Assembly: GCA_035084275.1 (NCBI GenBank)
Contig: CM068754.1
Coordinates: forward strand, 13,950,001-14,014,000
Length of the DNA stretch: 64,000 nucleotides
Direction: 5' to 3'
DNA from: Hydrolagus colliei
Taxonomy: Eukaryota
The position numbers and the translations under genes were made by a program. Every line of letters starts with the position of its first letter. Within the stretch, counting starts at the first letter, position 1. Shown here piece by piece: positions 27,605-40,760 of the stretch. Under the pieces are notes generated by a model, which saw only the letters and a list, made by a program, of their open reading frames with translations, was not told the DNA's origin and searched no databases.

Positions 27605-28200
27605 ATAATAATAATAATCCTTGCATTTGATATAGCCCTTTTCATGTCTTTTAAACGTCCCAAACACTTCACCGAATATATTGTAAACTGACTTGACTGT
27701 GTATTTATAGACAAAATGCAGCAGCCAATTGAGCACAGCAGTGTCCCACAAACTGTTGTGGATTGAATTGACCCATTTTTAAAATGATTTGTTTTGGAGG
27801 GATTATTATTAGGCGTATGGAGTAAGGAAACTTGCCGAAGGTTTTGCCCTGCCTGGAATTGAACTCAGGTCTCTCGCTTGTAAGGCAATCAAACGATCGA
27901 TCGATCGATCGATCAAAACTTACATATTTATAGCGCCTTTCAAGTTGAGAGGACGTCCCAAGGCACTGTACAGTTAGATAGGGACAAAAGCAGGGTGGGA
28001 GGGATCAGGGCAGGATGAAAAAGGAAAATTGACTGTATATTTGTGGGCGAAACATGGCAGCCAAATTGTGAACAGCAGTGTCCCACAAACAGTCATGAAA
28101 GTGAGATTAGGGGAGAAAGGTGGGTAGGGGGAAGGAGAGCAGGAAAGCCGACTGTATAAGACAAGTGCTCTTAACAAGATTCCACAATGAAATGGAATGA
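27605..28200 (-). mobile_element. Nested cluster: SINE split by an L2-tail element, itself carrying a SINE core fragment
   Basis: SINE 27605-27890 with its head remainder near 28175-28195; L2 tail 27893-28020; SINE core 28025-28100. Confidence 0.75.
27894..27914. repeat. (GATC)n self-complementary microsatellite
   Basis: cgatcgatcgatcgatcgatc, seen directly. Confidence 0.95.
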
Positions 28201-29299
28201 AAATGTCTCATTGTGCAATTCGTTTTTTGCAAATAAATGTGGTGCCAGGCAAGGATTTCCCAAGTAGAAAAGCCCACAAATATACAATCAATTCACTGCT
28301 TTGAGACGCCTAGAAGACCTGATAAGGCGTTATATCAAAAGCAATAATTATTATTGTTAAATGAACAGCTTATAATTGCTGCACTTTCTCACTATCTCCC
28401 ACAGTCAACTAGCAGGTCACATAGTGGAGGAGTATTCCTGGTTAGACTCCAAAATGCCAGGATTAATATCAGTAGACTCAAAGAAAGGCATCATTGATGA
28501 GCTGCCAGTGGGAAAAACAACAGGAAATCTGTATTAAATATGCAATACAAATACAATCAATAAATGTAATGCTGTAAACATGCAACATACTGTGAAATAT
28601 TTACTTGAAATAAATGAAAATAGGAAATACAATTGATATGCTTGAAAATTATGCAATTCATGTTCCATTGAAGAATTATTATTATTAGAATAATGTGTTT
28701 TATTAGTCATACATGAAATTAAACAATTTGAAATGTGTGATACTATAATTAAGACTGAAATAGCATGAATAATAATCCTTATATCAGAATAATATCTGGA
28801 AAAACACTGATTTTAAAAATAAGAAATATTCACATTATTGCCATTTAGAGTAGCAAAACACTATTTATAATATAAAAAGATAACTTGTATTTGCAATTCA
28901 CACAATTTTAGGATAAAATATATGTACTGTACTGCAATATAAATTGAAGAGCAAAGTTATAAATTACATTCATTTATTTATTTAAGTTTTGTAGTTTTAC
29001 AATTTATACCAGTAAAACACTCTAATAAAATTGATTATCCCATGTACTGTATAATGAGTCAGTTAAACACGAATATAGAACTGGGTGTAACTCAATTCAA
29101 CAGGCTGGATAAGGAGACGAGCAAGTAGGCAGTAGGTAACAGAATGGGTCTCTGAATCAATGGATCTCTGAATTCAAGATTGAATAGTATTTTTTAATAG
29201 AAAACCAGTTCACACAATACATACCACTACAACTACTAAATCAACTTTACTACGGTACAGCAAAAGTTTGCAAAAGAAAAATGCTGATGAAGACAAAAT

Positions 29300-30500
29300 T
29301 GTGGTCTTTTTCTTCAAGGATACTAACTTAGGATGACTAACTCAGCCACAGGCTGTGAGACATATTTTCTGAGCCCTGTAGTAATAAAAATACGGACTAT
29401 CTGAACCACTGTTGTCTGAACTCGGTATTGAAGAAAATATAATTGATCTGGGCCATTAGGTCCACAGCGCTGCAATAAACACCAATATTTGGTAATGTGT
29501 AAGCACCCTATATAAAGGCTTTAATAACATAAATAGATGGAGAAATCACTCAACAGAAAAATTGTACATCCAGCCATCTGTCAAAACAAATGTCACATGT
29601 TTACTGTGGTGTTATACATTTAACAATTACAAATACATTATGTCTTCACACGTCAAATGAAATGCAGATCAGCTAAAAGTGTTGTGCCTCTTCTAACGGT
29701 CAAATCTTCTGTCTTGAACCACTGTATTTAATATCAAGTTGTTTTTTGGCCTCACGGATAGAGCCACTAACTCTGCAATCAGATTAAACAGCAACTCTAA
29801 GGCAGTGTAATATCCTTGGTGTAGGATTCATCCTACTGGAAAAAAAGACACAATCAAATTAATCTCTTCATTGAAGAGCAATTTTTTATTGAGATGTAAT
29901 AATATGTAAGTTATATTTGAGCACCCTGAGAATCTAACAGACAAATTTCACAAATAATTAATGCTTCGAAGCCCACCTGTTTTCCTGTTACTCATTTGTC
30001 AAACAATGTCCTGTCGACTTAACCAAAACACTTCCCAGTATTGTGTTTTTTGGAGTGCATATAACTACGTACACTTATGTGCTCTAATTATGAAATCCTT
30101 GTGAGATATAGTTTGTTTTACTCATAAATGTCTATTACTGAATGTTTACACAATGAGGGAAGGTTTCACAACATGGAGTCAGCTTGGAATCACAGAAAGG
30201 CCCATATTGCTCAGCAAGGTTGGCAAGAGAAGAATATTTAACACATGGTGCACTAATATCACAAGCGAAAAGGGTACGGAAAGAAAAGGATTCAGCTGGA
30301 AAGACTGAGATTGTGTTATTCATAGACTTTGGCCAGTTTCTCCTACCAGACTTTATAATATAGACTTGTCCCTTTATTGGAAATAGTGTGAGGGTGTTTG
30401 TCTGACAGCTTGTTGGACAGCCATGATAGAGAAATCTCATCTATACAACCTGGTCATGAAATCATTCAACCCAGATGTAGTGTTGCCAGGTAAGGACTCA
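29300..30500 (+). pseudogene. Possible highly eroded L1/Tx1-clade LINE ORF2 fossil
   Basis: Collinear degenerate motifs: LSELGIEENIIDL (within 29391-29450), Y-LGV (29811-29823, frameshifted), FLLLICQT...VFW (29982-30056), VIHRLWPVSPTRLY...YWK*CEG...CW (30315-30416). Confidence 0.35.
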
Positions 30501-30818
30501 GCCACCTGTTCTAACTGAAGCAGGGTAATGAGCCGATTGCAGGCGTTCTCTTATATCTAAGCCAACCTGTAGACCTTTTCCTTCCATCTGTTCTTGCTAA
30601 AGTATAAACTCAAAGGCCTAATGCCACTCGTTAAATTATCTGAGAGCTGTGTTAATACAACTGGTGTCTGATCTCAGGAAGCCCTCACCTCTTTTGATGG
30701 CAATATGAACGAAAGTCTGATAACTTTATACAACTGATAATCTCACATCTATATCACTGCGGTTGAAATCTCCCGAGTATAATTCAAGTCTCTTGAGAGA
30801 AAACACTATTAAGTCAAG

Positions 30819-31272
30819 ACAACAACAACAACAACAACAATTTACATTTATATAGCGCCTTTCACGTCGGGAGGACGTCCCAAGGCGCTAAACAAGAGGC
30901 GTGTGACCCGAGCTGGGAGGGGAGTGTTTGGGAAGGGGTGAAACACGAAGGGGAGGTAAAAGAGTTCGGGATGGAACAAAAGGCACGATCGAAGAGGAAA
31001 GTCTTCAAATCGGCCTTGAAAGAGGAAAGGGAAGAGGCGAAACGGAGGGATTGAGGGATGGCATTCCATAAGGTGGGAGCGGAGAAACTGAAGGCCCGGC
31101 CTCCGATGGTGGGGCGGTTCGGGCGGGGGGCTTGGAGCAGGCCAAGTCCTGTTGAACGGAGGGTCCGGGTGGGCGTGTAGGGGGAGAGTAGATCGGTTAG
31201 GTAGGATGGGGCAAGGCCATGTAAGGCTTTGTAGGTGAGGACGAGGATCTTAAATTCGATCCTCTGGAGGAT
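30819..31272 (-). mobile_element. Young 5'-truncated L2 LINE (ORF2 C-terminus, 3' UTR, (TTG)n)
   Basis: Minus strand reads LQRIEFKILVLTYKALHGLAPSYLTDLLSPYTPTRTLRS...GGRAFSFSAPTLWN; CpGs retained; perfect 3' stem-loop. Confidence 0.93.
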
Positions 31273-32689
31273 GTTAACATTTTGACGTTAACATTTTGTA
31301 AGTTCACTTGAATTATTTTATGTAGAATTCACAGCAGGTTATCTCTCTACTCCATCTCTTTCTATCCTTCCATCTCACACGCATCGCCTACAAAACAGAG
31401 TCGCGACACTTGACAGTGAAATCCTCTTAAGCGCTTTGAAATGTCTTTCTAATATGAAACACTGCATCAAATGCAAGGAATATTATTACATATAGTAGTT
31501 ACAAAATTGTATTTATACCCAATATTTGACTGGATAATAGTCATGTAATTCAAAACCACTGTGGATGCATATGTGGATGTTGACGGTAACACACAGAGTG
31601 CAAACTATTCGTGCTTCTCTGTGAAAATAACACATTTAAACAGAAAAGGTTTGTTTTTTTAAAAAAAACTTTGAGATTTACAGATTATTGTAAATAGAAT
31701 TTTAATGCCTTATAAATTGCATATTCGATTTTTTTGCTTGCGAGTTCTCATCAAATATTTTATTAACGAAAGGAGCCATGCAAAGAAACCGTGTTCAGAT
31801 TTTTGTGCCAAATTGTTCTTAAATGTAATAGTTAATTATGGATAAATGCAGCTGTGTTTATAACTGTGATGGTACAAAACACATTTGGCACACAATAATA
31901 AAGTAAGGTAAGAAAGCAAAGAACCGGGTATATAATAAATGTCATCCTGAAGCTGTAATTTTCTATTTGGATTTTATTATTGTACATAAAATACATATTA
32001 TCATCAGGCTGTAATTTATGCACCTTGCTTAAGAATGCATAAATATTGGCCCCGGAGGTAATGTTAAAATAGTTGTCTGCATAATGGAACGTTGAATGCA
32101 AGGGCTGCAAAGCCTCTTAGATATATAATAGATTTATGTGTTTTTCTCACTATCACTGTTATTGTTTAACATCTGCCCGAGACTCCAATGCATTTGTTAG
32201 TCGGAATTAATTGTGAATTGATGCTGTCAGTAAGTCTTAACGCAGCTTTGTTACATCTGAAATTAATTAAGATCTAATCAGTAAGGGTCGCAATACTGCA
32301 AATGGACAGGTCACCTATATAGCATACAAGCAAATACACACACTTAGACATGCTTAATTTAATACGATGAATGATTACAGAAGCAACTTCAAGAAAGATT
32401 CTGTCATACAAGGCAATTTCATTATTCTCCCAGATATATCAACATATCTGCCATTAACAGGTGTCTTGCAGTGATCTGACTACAAAAATGCATGAGCATA
32501 GAAAATGTCATTCCGCTCATCAAGTCTGCCCGCTTCCATAGATAATTCCCCCTAAAAAACTATCCTTTAGCAAGTTTAACTTCCCAAAAGAAGGTTCTGT
32601 CAAAAATGCTTTTGAAATTCCATGATAGTGAAGCAAAATTCTGCAATAACTATAGAATATCCTTCCAGTATTTCAACTCTGGTTGAAAG

Positions 32690-34065
32690 GGAGTCATTTA
32701 GAAGTCAGTTGAGAATAAATTAGGCAACGTATTGGGAGAGGTAGAGAGAAGTAGAGTTATTGTAGATAACATTAGAAGGGATTCCAAGAAATATTTTGGC
32801 TAAGTATGAAATAGATGGTGTTAAAGGTCACATAGATCTTCAAGGGATAATTTAAGTGGAAATATCAAAAGGAATAGGGAAACCTGTTAAATGAATTTTC
32901 TACATTGATCTTCACAAATGAACATTGTGAGCAAATTCCAAATAGGAGTCAAATTGGCTTTGGGATATATAGTAACCAGAAGTCTGTGAAGCATGCAGAA
33001 ACTCATGAGCATTAAATGTCTAAATGTCACTTGCACTAGATGAGATAAACCTCAAAGAATTGAACCTGGGAATTCCACAATTCAGCTTCGTATCCAAATG
33101 TTGGTTCATTTAACTAAAATTCTTCACACACCAAAAAAAACTAAGGCACAAAGCAGACATTGGATAGGCTACTTGTTCTGATATCAATGCTATGAAAAAC
33201 AATCAGTTAGACAACACAGCCCAATCCAAAAGGGGAAAAAATGGCATGATTTAAAAACAATAAGTAATGCTTCACAAATCTATGGGAAACATTTTGAGGA
33301 ATTGTATATATTTACTGGACGAGCCTTATCGAGTTGATATATATACACTTGCAATTTCAGAAGGCATTTGACAAGACAATGGAATTGATGACAAAGTAGC
33401 AAACTGAATTGAAAATTGGCTGGGTGATAAAAAAAAAAAAGCACACTGTAAAGGTAAATGCATAATAGTCTACTGGGGGATGGAGGGGACTGGGGGGCTA
33501 AGAGGGAATAGCAGTAAAATTAAGACTGAATTTACAAATTTCCACATGATCTAAACGTTAATTCAGTGAGCAGTCTGAAGGCTAGGGAATAGAAATTTGG
33601 GACCTCAGAAGGCAGCCAAAGCCATGAAACTATTACATAACAAGGTAGTGCCTTCGGGATGGGAAGAATCTCATATAATAGCAAGTTATTTTGTTGTGAA
33701 AGGGAGTAACAGATAGTGGTAATGTATTGTTGCATTTGCTGAATGGGTTGTAAAAATATTCCTTCCAAGTGCTAATTGCTCAAGGACAGTTAGAAATTGG
33801 CAGCTGTAAGGCCTTTCTCATAACAAAAATTTGATTAAATAAGAGAAATCTATGGAATTCACTAGCCCAGAAGGCTGTAGATGCTCAGTCCTTGAACATT
33901 TTCAAGGCTGAGACTGATGGATTTTTTTTTAAAAATAGAGGGATTAGGGGATATGGGGATAGGGCAAGTAATTAGAGTTAGGTCAGAATATTTTATCAAA
34001 TGGCGGGGCAGGCTCAAGGGGCCGAATGGCCTACTCCTGCTCCTAATTATTATGTTCTTATGAAA
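32690..34065 (+). mobile_element. Degraded CR1 LINE (RT remnants and 3' end)
   Basis: LQFQKAFDK at 33349-33375 (CR1 'LDFQKAFDKV'), *IENWLGDK, and the CR1 3' end 'ggcaggctcaaggggccgaatggcctactcctgctcct...tatgttcttatg'. Confidence 0.8.
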
Positions 34066-35726
34066 CACAAATAAAATGGTTCACAACTGCAAATCTGTGG
34101 AATTCAGTGAGTGCGGACTGATAATATGTCAACACATTCAAATCTTTCCACGTTTGCTTCTTTGCTTGGTTTGATTAAACTGTGGATGTCCCAATGAGTT
34201 TGGATTTAAAAATGTACCGCAGTGCTTGTTTTGAGAGATTGATGAACAAAATGTGCATTGGTTACCCTACTATTGCCTTCATACTGCTAGAAGACCTCTT
34301 CATCACCGTTTAGCTCATAAAGGAAGTGGATCATAGTGAATAAAATGGCTGGTCAGCAGTTTTCTTTACATTTTAAATCCACCCTGAATTTTGATAAATT
34401 GCTATGTGCCGTCTCTGAGTCTGCCATTTGGTGGAGAATAATCGCTTGTGCCTTTCCATTCCAGATTTACTGATGTGGGCTCTAGTCCAGGAAAACTAAG
34501 TGGCAGCCTGGTTGCCAGCAGATCTGTCACTCTCTGGTGCCTTCATGTAGATAGGGAAATGTGTCATGTTATTGGAATTTAGGTGTGCAGACTTCTGAAA
34601 TTTTTTGATTTTCACATGATGTGCTCACGATTCCATCCTGTTTTCAAAAGGAAGATGCCATGGTTTGATTTCTAGTTTTGTTTTCTACTTCTGTACCTTT
34701 TGTAACTCGTATGGTATCAGTTTAAACCCTTTTTCCTAGTCTACGAGTACTTCCGATCAACGTGCACCCAATCTTTGAACATAGGATATTTTCCATTACG
34801 TTAACAGGTTTTCTGTGCCTTTTGTTGATGCAGTCAGCACCCTCTGAGAATATTGCGTACAGGTTCCTAAGAGTACCTGGATGCATAAATCTAATAAACG
34901 ATGGCAGTGAGCACTGTTTTCTGTGTTTTAATTGCAGAGAACACAAATGCATTCTTTGTGCTTTACCATGTGGAAATACGGAGAGAATACTTGTCTCTAC
35001 AGTAACAGAGATGGGACACAGGCACCGGGGGACAGTTCAGTCAACCTGCCAACACTGACAGGTAAAATGGACTGATACTATATGCTATACTGGATCTCCA
35101 GTAATTGGACTCTCTTTCAACATGAGGGCATTTGTAGTTTGTCTCTTTAAAAATGTCTCTACCTTTTGTTTCTGCTGTGCTAGCCACGGAGAATAGTCAT
35201 TTGGCTACCTGCCATCACATGACAGCAGCAAACTAATAATGGAAAAAGACTGAACATAAATTGTTCAGCAGTATGTGGAAAATTACTGTGTATGGGTGCT
35301 TCATGTTCTGGCTACAATGAATCTGAGGTGAAGTAGCCCAAGCTTCAGGTCAACTCAGATTGACTTAAAATGCCTACAACAAGTCATTTTTATGCCTAGA
35401 GTTGGATTTAATAGCTCCTACAAGCCTTGGCTCTTGCCAAACTGCATTTAATACTCTCTGGAATTAGGTAAGCAATTATTGCCTCTCAACACATAAGGCA
35501 ATAGCTTGAAGGAGACAAAATAATAAAATTCATGGATCTGGACAACGTAATAAATTTATGTTGATTTGAATAATTCCAGCAGTTTCCTAGATTTTCGTTG
35601 CTTTTAAAATAAATCGTTAGTCGCATAAAAGCCAATGAAACAAGATAACTAGTATGCTGCAAAGGCTTAATTAAGGAAACATTGTCAAATAGCAGTTAGG
35701 TGCCTGCAAATCTATCCATTAAAAGA

Positions 35727-36035
35727 TAATAATAATAATAATCCTTGCATTTGATATAGTGCTTTTCACGTCTTCTAGATGTCTCAAAACAGAATATACT
35801 GTAAAGTGAATTGTAGGTATATTTGTGGGTGAAATGTGGCAGCCAATTGTGCACAGCAGTGTCCCACAAACAGTTGTGGATTGAAATTATTAATTTATTA
35901 TAATTTTTATGGAAGGATTATTATTAGGCGTGTGGAGTAAGGAAACTTGCCCAAGGTTTCGCCCTGACCTACCTGGATTTGAACACACAGGTGCTTGTAA
36001 GGTGAGTGTTCTTACCACCGAGCTACAGGACTACA
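35727..36035 (-). mobile_element. Near full-length SINE
   Basis: Same architecture as 13972-14298. Confidence 0.9.
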
Positions 36036-39000
36036 GGCAAATTACACACCGGATCAACTAAATGATCAGATTTTCCAATCTTATTGTTTTGTTTTCAACA
36101 TCAACTGATAGCTTCTGAGGTATGTTTAATCAAATGCTGTGCAACCTTGTGATTCAATTAACTCTTGCGAAAGCAGGGCACAGCAGCTTGGCTAACACCT
36201 GAGATGTCTGAACAGTGGCCTCCTCGACTTGCAACCTATCTTCTGATACCACTACATTTGGGTTCTCTGGCTGGAATCTCCTCCCCTCTCATCTCTTTGC
36301 CACTTGTGGCATTACTTTGAAATCTCTCCATAATGAAGCTCACGATCTCGAGGTTTAATGTACTCTTTTCAGTGGCATCCACTTCAATAATAATAATTCA
36401 AATAAGGTGAATTGACATTTTCCTTCCCTCTCTGATAATTTTGTTAGGGGTACAAATGCTGAGCAGCACTAACGTGGACACTATTTCCCCCATAGGTTCT
36501 TATGTGCCATCATTCCATCTTTGCTGGTCCATATCTGGGGTTATCATTAAAATGAGCAATCACTGGAAATTCAGTATCTTTTAGTGAGATGTGTTCGTAG
36601 ATTTAATCTAGTCATCAGAACAGATGCACAAAACATTATAGAAGAGTATGGCTGACAATTGCTTGTCTTTTTCACTGTGAACAGGAATACAGTAGTCAAT
36701 GCTCAGCAGTTGGTGCAGTGTTATTTATTTTCTATATTACCAATGTTGATGCCACCTAGAAGTCCACACCCCCTTATTTTTCACGCATATAAGTGAGATA
36801 CAAAATCTGATTTAGCTTCAATTATAGACATGTGGACATACGGACAAAGTTACTGTGCTGGTCCATTCTGGCCTCACTGTAGCAAGGATTGCTTTCAGCT
36901 AAAAAAAATTATAAACCACAAATACTAATATTTCAGCTGCTTCCCGTGAGTATTGTAACACGTTATCTATCCCCATTCCATATTAGAAGTGGGCATTGAT
37001 GTATGAGCCTTCAGATTTTATTTATAAAGCAAACTGTTCCAGATAGGAACAGATCATTTATATGCTGACACATCAGACCTGGAAAATGACCCCTACAAAT
37101 CTGTAGGGTGCTTACTTTCACATTCTTATAAAATATTGCAGTATAGAATTTCTTGTGTACCTGAAAGATAAATCAGTCTTTTCGGTTTACAAATCTTTTT
37201 TTCATGGTCAAGCAATAACCTGAACGTTGATTGCTCTATCAATAGTCTTGTGTCTACTTCCCATTACTTAGCTAACAGAAGTTTTGGGTTGCAATGCCAC
37301 AGTTCAAGGCAAATGAATTTACAGCTGTTGCCACTTAGCAGAGATTTACCTTTGAACCATGCTTATTAGTTGGATGTTAATTTAATTCTGTAATGATCAC
37401 TTTTGTTTAATACAAGTAATCTGAAAAAAAAGACTGTTCAACTTCCACCAGCCAACCCAGTTAAAAGGCTTCTACAATATTTCTATTTTGTATTCAGTGG
37501 CAGTACAAATTATCGCTAGGTTGGCTCTGATGTGGGTCAGTTTGAATGGTTATCTCCTTTTATAGTTCCCCCACAGGAATTCAATTTGAAATTGCCTGAA
37601 GTCAGCTCTCATTTGCGATCCTTTAATTCACCCTCGAGGTCAATAAGAGAAGGCTTTGTCCTCGCTTTCTCTGTGCTTGGTTTTTAGCTCCAATCTTTTG
37701 AGGTAACTAAGACCTTGGTAGCACTGCAACTTATTCGGACTTACTTACTTATTGACTTAATAGCAGTGCAGCTTAGAATACAATAAAAGATGTGTTACTT
37801 ATCAGTGAGGGCCATCAGATAACCATCCCAGAGAGTCGCTGACATGAACATACTATCCAGGAACTTTAAACCAAGGAATGCAGAAGATTTAGATTTGTAA
37901 TTTGGTCTCGCACATTTTGTGGTAGTTTACTGGCAGTTTGTTAGCTATTGAATCACAAACAAAATCAATATACAGTGGCTTCCTCACTGATGCTGCTGTT
38001 AGAAAGTGTGACCAATTTAATAACCACAGATGTAATCATTCCTGCTAATATACAACTCTCCATAGCTAATCTGACTTTTGTTTTTAAAAAATCATTGTGT
38101 TTTTATATTTGAAATGACCCAAAGGTTGCACTTGCTCCCCAAATAGTGCCTTTATTTGATTAGACTTTATCATTTGTTTTCAGATTTCAATTCAATAGGA
38201 AGAAATTCAATAGGTAATGGTATTCTAGTCATTTGGTATAAAAGATTGGACAACATGAAGTGAAAACTACTTTCCATATCTCATTTCATGATGCTGAATA
38301 GCTTTTTCTGATCAGTAAGACTGCTTGAAATATTGCTGTAATAAATTGGTGAAAATGTTTTCTATATTTCACTTTCGTGGAATGATTCTTCCGAGAACTA
38401 TTAGAAAACAAATTCAAATGGTACATTAATATAATCTAGATATTCTATACGCATACGTATATTTAACTCTTTCGAGCTAAAACTAACAAACTGTGTTTCA
38501 GAAGTAATCGGTTACTTATGCTTTAACCTTTCTTGTGTATTATAGATATACATTATGATATATTTAGAATCATAGGTCAAAGTGAGCAAAAATACTGTTG
38601 TGCTTTTGATCCTTGGGTGAGGATCTAGTACAATGATGCTGGCACCTTGTATGAGTTACTTATGTATCCCATCATCTAATGGTAATTATTTCAGTGATTT
38701 CCTTAACAGAGCACTAAATAATATATTTAATAATTGTACTTTACTTATTTAGTTTATCTGACACAATTGGGCTTCTACCTGCTTCAGATTTCCAATTTTT
38801 TTCTGAGAAAATCAAATTTCTCTGTAATTATAGGAGTCACTAAGTATCCGTTTAATAGTCACTGAACCAATATTTTGACATGTCTTGAAACAATGAATCG
38901 TGGTTTATGAGTCTGATCTGTAAAATTCACACTCTTAAATGCCTGAAAATCACACAGCCGTGTGGTGCTGTAATGGCAGTTCTCGGCTGAACCAAATTTG

Positions 39001-40384
39001 TTTTAAAAGCACAGAGGGCACTGGTAATTTGAACATGTCAACACAGTTCTGACAAATCAGGTGTTTATTAGAAATATGTAAACCTTATAATGTGCAATCT
39101 GTAAACGGTTTGGCAAATCAGCAACACAGTTTTTTTTAATATTGCTATTTAAGGTAGATAGTGACAGAATTTCTACCGGACCATTGACTTCAATCCAATC
39201 TACTCGAGGTGACCCTTGTTTTGCGTTAGCATGTTATTTTAGGGAAGAGGACATTGAATACGGTACCTTACAACTTAAATTAGTTACATGAGTACATTTG
39301 TATTACAGTAGCACAAATCAATGTTTCAGTGTAACTATTGTCCTGATGAAAGCACATCTTCAAGAAACTCTTGCCAGCTGAACTCCAGCAGACATGGGTT
39401 AAGAATTGTATGTTGACCCATGATTTCGAATTGTTCATTTGCAGCATTCAAGGTACGCTCCCAATATGAATGGTGCTATCATTAAATGTAAGGATTATTA
39501 AAAAGAAAGAGTATAGTGTTTACATAATACTATAATGATTAAAACAAGGCAAAGTAAGTCTGATGGATGAAGTTTGGTTTTGAAAGTGCAGAGATCGAAG
39601 AACAAAAATGTTTTGTAATTTGGTTGGGCGGTGGGGGGTAGGATTTGGAATGATTATGAAAGAATTCAAGATACATTAAGTAATACTTTTAATAGGCATT
39701 TCATACATCTGCTGTTGCTGGCAATACAATACAATGAACACAGATTTTGGAACCAATTCAAAACACCTAACTCTAGCATCCTGACGGCAAAACACATCAG
39801 TCTGTAGTTTGAGAAAAAGTCAACTTTGCCAGGCAGCCAACAAAGGATGAGTGTATATTAATGGACACAGCACAGATGGAAATAATTGTTACGCTGTACC
39901 AAGGGAGAATTCAGGTTTATAGTGGGACTTAAATGTGGTGGGTAGTAAAACCTATTGATAGGGAAAAAAAAAGTTAGTAGATCAGAGAAAACCAATATAA
40001 AAACTTTGGTATGTAGACTCATTTATATTGTCAAACAATGTTACTTTATTGGAGAATAAAAGTAGATGGATGCATGAAGGATTATGCATGGGACTGGGTG
40101 ATCAGTGTTAGCTGAAATATTATGTGTGTGTGCTACCAATTGTGTTGAGCAGATAAACAAATCACAGATAAAACTATTTTAGAATCTTATTTTACTTGTT
40201 AAAAATTGCAATTAAAGTTTGTGTCACTGAAAAAGTCTGTTTTTAGCCGTTCATTGTATACATATCCATATCCTCAATGGATACATAGCTAATAGCATAC
40301 CAGGATAAACACAAAATACTCATTGAAAATGTAATATTAAACTGTTGATCACAATTGCATCTTTTGAGACCTGAGACTATTTAT

Positions 40385-40760
40385 AATAATGATACTTGTT
40401 TTTGATATGGCACCATATCCGTCAACATATCACAAAGGGCTTCATGGAATTTTCTATAAACTGTAGGTTAAGGCACCAGCCAATTTGTCCAAAGCAATTT
40501 TCCATAAACAGCTATGAAGTGATTGACCATTTTGTTTAGGATAGGATTCCAGGAAATACTTCTTTCTCTTTTCAAATTGTACCCTAGAATATTTATGTCC
40601 ACCTGAACAAACAGATAGGATCTTGCCTTAAGTTCTCATCCCAACCTATGATAATACAGGGAGCCACCGGTACTGAATTGGTGTGTTCGCCAAGACTATG
40701 AACTCAAAGTCATGATATGAGGATTTGAACCCACAACCTTCTGAACTGAGCTGGGTATTG
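40385..40760 (-). mobile_element. Degenerate older DeuSINE-like copy
   Basis: 'atgtccacctgaacaaacagat...ttaagttctcatcc' and 'gatttgaacccacaaccttctga'. Confidence 0.65.

Noticed and set aside
28540-29040. Very AT-rich stretch
   Set aside because: No periodicity, ORF or terminal repeats seen; ordinary low-complexity DNA
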